Below are positions 59,930 to 64,000 of a DNA stretch of 64,000 nucleotides, one piece after another; positions within the stretch are counted from its first letter, which is position 1; the number at the start of each line of letters is the position of its first letter. The position numbers and the translations under genes are program-made. Where the stretch lies: contig CP145418.1 in NCBI GenBank assembly GCA_036867785.1, forward strand, positions 558,001 to 622,000. The letters are read 5' to 3'. The stretch comes from Plasmodiophora brassicae. Lineage: Eukaryota. The notes beneath the pieces are model-generated. The model made no database searches, was not told where the DNA came from, and saw only the letters and a list, made by a program, of their open reading frames with translations.

Positions 59930-60679
59930 ATGACGGCCACTGCCGGCATGGACGACAACCCGGCGTTGCCCATCAGCGAGCGAATCGCCCTGGCCGAGCA
60001 GCGCATGCGAGACTACGAGAACAAGGCCATGTACCTTGACGCCGAGGAGCAGAGGCAGCTGATCCAGTCGTTGAAGAAGACGGCTAGCGTCCCGACGAAC
60101 GATTCCGAGTTCCGCGCGCATTGGGCGCGGGCCATCGAGGACGTCGAGAAGTCCAACCAGAGCGAACGCACCTCGTTCGAAGCAATCTGGGCCGGGCGAC
60201 TTGCAGAGCAGGCGGAACGCGCCGAGGCGCTCCTGGAGGCGACCCTGCAACGGCATCGGGACCGGTCGCATGAGCTGGCGCAGGTCATGGAACGGACGAT
60301 GAAGATCCCAAAGTGGTCGACGACGTTGCTGGATCTGCGACGCAAGCAGTATCTGCTCGCCAAGACCAAACGGTACGTGGAGGCGGAAGCGACCAAGCGG
60401 CGGGCGCAGCAGATGGAAGACGACGAGCGCCAGGTCATGATCAAGGCGATCGAGAAGGACATGAAGATGAGGGTGGCCTCCATCCGCAAGCGACACGAGC
60501 TGGAGATGGCCGTGTCCCAGGAGAAGATGGCTCTGGAACGCAAGTGCCTCCTGGAAGCCAAACAGCAGATGCTGGAACGCCTCGAGACGCAATGCCGACG
60601 CAAGATCGACGACGTTCGCAGGCGTGCTCGCCTGGCCGCCAAGAGGCGTGACCAGCAACTGCTGTCGGGCACTAAATGA
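59930..60679 (+). CDS. Coiled-coil protein of unknown function
   Basis: 249-aa helical ORF with PKWSTTLLDLRRKQYLLAKTKRYVEAE and good codon-like composition. Confidence 0.7.
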   Translation: MTATAGMDDNPALPISERIALAEQRMRDYENKAMYLDAEEQRQLIQSLKKTASVPTNDSEFRAHWARAIEDVEKSNQSERTSFEAIWAGRLAEQAERAEALLEATLQRHRDRSHELAQVMERTMKIPKWSTTLLDLRRKQYLLAKTKRYVEAEATKRRAQQMEDDERQVMIKAIEKDMKMRVASIRKRHELEMAVSQEKMALERKCLLEAKQQMLERLETQCRRKIDDVRRRARLAAKRRDQQLLSGTK

Positions 60680-61136
60680 CCGACAAACTAATCGTGACCG
60701 CTAAACGCTCAGCCAATCCGGGCGCATAATCGAGGAAACAGGCGGTGAATGTCGTTCAACTGGATGGACGCTACGACCTGTGCACTGTTCCTGATTTTGA
60801 AGGGCAGACGTCGGCGCCGTCCCTCGGTACCAGGGAAGTGGGATGCAGGTCATATGGGGACGTAGCACCCCGGATATGGGATAAGGTCGCAGACTACATC
60901 GAGAATCAGGTTGTTGTCGGCAATGATGGGGCGGTGGTCGCGACAGTGGTCGCAGGATGCGCCCCTGCGGACGATCTGGGCCAGTTTGTCGTGGTGCACG
61001 ACGAAAGTTCGAACCGGTCGTATTGCCGCATCATCTCCAACGTAAGCGTTGAGGTTTATTCGCAGACGCGGTCTGTCGGGCGCCGGTCTGGTGTACGTAA
61101 ACGATCCGCCAGACGGCGGGGCGATCGCCATGCGAT

Positions 61137-61856
61137 CTAATTGTTCGGGCAGAAGGTGATGCGGTAGTTGCTGCCTTGCGATTGACACGTGAAGGTCGAC
61201 GACTGATCATCGTAGGCATAGCTGTACGCCGCAGGGCAGGCCGTCTTGAACAGCTGAGAGTAGTAGAACGGTGGGCAGCGATCCGGCGTTCCGAAGGCAC
61301 CTCGGCAGCAGAATTGGTCGGTGTTGAGCTTGTTGCATGCGCTGTTGCAGGCCACTGTGCGCCCGTCCTTGACGACAGCAAGCTCACCCGGGCAGAAGGC
61401 GTTGAGGTCCTGATTGCATCCTGCACGGCTGCACCGGTACCCTTGGCCTTGATAGGTGGTTGGCTCCATTGCCATCGGCAGGTTGTACCCATCGACGAGG
61501 CTGATGTCGTAGAAATCCGTGCCAGCAGCGTCGAACGTGATCTCAGCTAGTGTCGCCGGAGGAATTCCTCCAGCGCCACCACACTGGGTACCGCGAGCGC
61601 AATCACCAGTAGCACACGATGCTCCATCTTGATTGCACCCAGTACGGCCCCAAAAGCGCCCGCTCCAGCCATTATCAACCTGGACAGTCTTCGACTCGCC
61701 CGCCCCCAGCACGAAGCCTCCATTCTCAGGATTCGTCGGCCGTCCTAGGGTACCAACCCAAACCGTCTGCTGGCAGCGATTATCAACGGTAATATCGTGT
61801 CCACAGCAGACAGTAATAATGGCCAGGCCCATAACCGTGACAAACGCTCGCCCCAT
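61137..61856 (-). CDS. Secreted thaumatin-like protein (PR-5 family), copy 1
   Basis: Signal peptide, NRCQQTVWVG, WSGRFWGRTGC, CATGDC, PPATLAE, DFYDISLVDGYNLP, FKTACPAAYSYAYDD, ITFCP. Confidence 0.96.
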   Translation of the reverse strand: MGRAFVTVMGLAIITVCCGHDITVDNRCQQTVWVGTLGRPTNPENGGFVLGAGESKTVQVDNGWSGRFWGRTGCNQDGASCATGDCARGTQCGGAGGIPPATLAEITFDAAGTDFYDISLVDGYNLPMAMEPTTYQGQGYRCSRAGCNQDLNAFCPGELAVVKDGRTVACNSACNKLNTDQFCCRGAFGTPDRCPPFYYSQLFKTACPAAYSYAYDDQSSTFTCQSQGSNYRITFCPNN

Positions 61857-62277
61857 ATTGAAAGCTGTCCCGGGAACGTCTTCCGAATAGTCTGAGTCTT
61901 TTGATCCGATGACCAGGCAGCAAATAACAGATTGACGACCATCGGTCGACGATTGCTAGCAATGTTGACGACAAAGTACATATTTATGCCAGAATTTTCT
62001 AGCGCACCTCATCGTCCAGCTGGTACGTAGTCTCTTCCAGAACGCTCTCGGTTAACCTCGAATTTTCGTCATTGCTTCGGCCGCCACAGCCCGCAATCAA
62101 TGTGTTCTTCCCCGCAATAGTTCTTCCCCGCAATAGTCCATCTGTACGCTGGCAACGTACGTATAGCTGGCGGTCAACACGAGCGCGCATAGCTGACACG
62201 AAAGAAGGAAACATGATTCATTGGTGCGTATGTACACTGATCAGCGACTTAGAAGGGCCACAGGAAGACGACCCAGT

Positions 62278-62991
62278 CTAGTTGGGGCAAAACTTGATGA
62301 GGTAGTTGCTGCCTTGGGACTGACACGTGAAGGTCGACGACTGATCATCGTAGGCATAGCTGTACGCCGCAGGGCAGGCCGTCTTGAACAGCTGAGAGTA
62401 GTGGAACGGTGGGCAGCGATCCGGCGTCCCAAAGGCACCTCGGCAACAAAACTCGTCGGTGTTGAGCTTGTTGCATGCGCTGTTGCAGGCCACTGTGCGC
62501 CCGTCCTTGACAACAGCAAGCTCTCCCGGGCAGGAATCGTTCAGATCCTTATCGCATCCTGCGCGACCGCACTTGTACCCTTGGCCTTGGTACGTGGTTG
62601 GTTCCATTGACATCGGCAGGTTGTATCCATCAACGAGACTGATGTCGTAGAAATCCATACCAGCGTTGGCGTCGAATGTGATTTCAGCCAATGACGCTGG
62701 TGGAACGCCTCCAGCGCCACCACACTGAGTGCCGCGAGCGCAATCTCCAGTCGCACACGAAGCCCCGTCTTGGTTGCACCCGGTACGACCCCAAAACCGG
62801 CCGATCCAGCCATCGACAACTTCCACAGTCTTTGACTCGCTTGGATTGAGCACGAATCCTCCGCCCTCCGGGTTCACTGGTTGCCCTAAGGTCCCAACCC
62901 AAACGGTTTCTTGGCAGTTGTTTTCGACCGTAACCTGATGTGCAGAGCTAACCATGGCCAACCCGACAGCCATGGCAAGAAAATGCCCCAT
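62278..62991 (-). CDS. Secreted thaumatin-like protein (PR-5 family), copy 2
   Basis: Same thaumatin motifs; tandem paralog of copy 1. Confidence 0.96.
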   Translation of the reverse strand: MGHFLAMAVGLAMVSSAHQVTVENNCQETVWVGTLGQPVNPEGGGFVLNPSESKTVEVVDGWIGRFWGRTGCNQDGASCATGDCARGTQCGGAGGVPPASLAEITFDANAGMDFYDISLVDGYNLPMSMEPTTYQGQGYKCGRAGCDKDLNDSCPGELAVVKDGRTVACNSACNKLNTDEFCCRGAFGTPDRCPPFHYSQLFKTACPAAYSYAYDDQSSTFTCQSQGSNYLIKFCPN

Positions 62992-63569
62992 TATGTTGTT
63001 CATCAGCGTTGGCAATCCGATGCCTACCGAATGTTCTGAACGTTCTTCGATGCGATGCTTAGCTAGAACCTAGGAAAATGATCGGGCCTGATACTTGGGT
63101 GGCGCTCGGCAACGGTGCGCTGCGGAATCGAGCTTGACTCACACTGAATGACGTCCTGTTTACTGTCGCGTCACGATGCAGCGCAGTGATCGGTTCACTG
63201 CACGAATCTGCGTGACGTATCCTCTTGCAGACTCGGGACGACCATCTTGAATTCCGAGCACTGATGAACCTACCACATTACCGCCTTGTGCAGTGCGCAC
63301 ACACAGTGCCAGCATGAACGGAAGAAGCTCTGAACGTTGTGGTAGTTGACCGGCTCGAGTCCAGCTGCTGCGCAAGATACTCAAAACAGTCAGCAGGACG
63401 AAGACCACGACGTTGACGAGAAGCACTTTCTACGCCGTCAGACTCTAGTGCTCAATTACTACTGCGGCCGGGCGTTGAAGCACCCATACATGACCTGATC
63501 CAACTGTCGTGGACTGTCCCAGGTGCTTACATCTCAACCATCGACACACGGTTGTGTATGCGCGGGCGC

Positions 63570-64000
63570 TTATCCGAATCGCAGGACCTCTTGCGCGACA
63601 GGCGATTGTAGGAACCGGGAGAACGGCCCGCCGTTCAGCATGCATTCCACCTCGAAAGACGGTTCGGAGAAGAAGGTGTCGGCTACGCCGCGTGCCGGGG
63701 ACGCTGGCGCCGACTTGTCCCTCGGTACAACCGTCACATGCGTGGAAGGAGTGCTCGCGAAGAACGCATCGTAACGCTTCCTGATGTCATCAGATAGGTT
63801 GATCTCCACCGGCGACCCCAGTCTGATGAACATGTCGTAGATTCGCCGCGCCTCGCTGGCAACGGGCGTCTGGACGTCGAGGGACACAGCGCCACCTATG
63901 ACGGTTTCCGATTCCTTCTCAGCCAGCAGCCTGAATTTGTGCACAGCCCTGAGGAACATGACGGTCTCGGCACAGAATTCGGTCTCCAGGTAGGCTTGCA
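63570..64000 (-). CDS. C-terminal RGS domain of a protein that starts beyond the right edge (possibly 7TM-RGS)
   Basis: AYLETEFCAETVMFLRAV...ARRIYDMFIRLGSPVEINLSD...FSRFLQS. Confidence 0.85.
   Translation of the reverse strand, partial: QAYLETEFCAETVMFLRAVHKFRLLAEKESETVIGGAVSLDVQTPVASEARRIYDMFIRLGSPVEINLSDDIRKRYDAFFASTPSTHVTVVPRDKSAPASPARGVADTFFSEPSFEVECMLNGGPFSRFLQSPVAQEVLRFG

Noticed and set aside
60745-61140. 131-aa + strand ORF
   Set aside because: GTG start, no recognisable motif, and it abuts the thaumatin stop codon. Not supportable without expression data.
63160-63426. Short hydrophobic - strand ORF
   Set aside because: No ATG start and no family signal; may be UTR or a fragment.

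Overview
This is eukaryotic nuclear DNA: GC-rich and gene-dense, with about 35 genes and short (mostly 50-70 nt) GT-AG introns carrying CTGAC/CTAAC branch points. The style and gene content (thaumatin-like proteins, an RGS protein, intronless signal-peptide genes, a centrosomal/ciliary CSPP1-like gene) suggest a phytomyxid protist such as Plasmodiophora; that is an inference, not verified. Recognisable housekeeping genes are SNW1, UMP-CMP kinase, PTH2, WDR18, SRPRB, CWF19L1, a Ulp/SENP protease, mitochondrial ATP synthase beta, CBWD/ZNG1, MRPL3, ARPC5, RanGAP, THOC7, PHB2, DPM2 and RPE. Accessory features are a nested transposon island (5.9-8.0 kb), a minisatellite/(CA)n/poly-G block in a divergent intergenic region, and a right half rich in predicted secreted proteins. 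The most unusual items are a spliced gene joining two bacterial-type YbjN-like domains, a discoidin domain and a pseudokinase; two signal-peptide kinases; a degenerate Rab-like GTPase; a UBA-PTH2 fusion; and a 5-nt microexon in RPE. Multi-exon gene spans include introns, and some starts are approximate.
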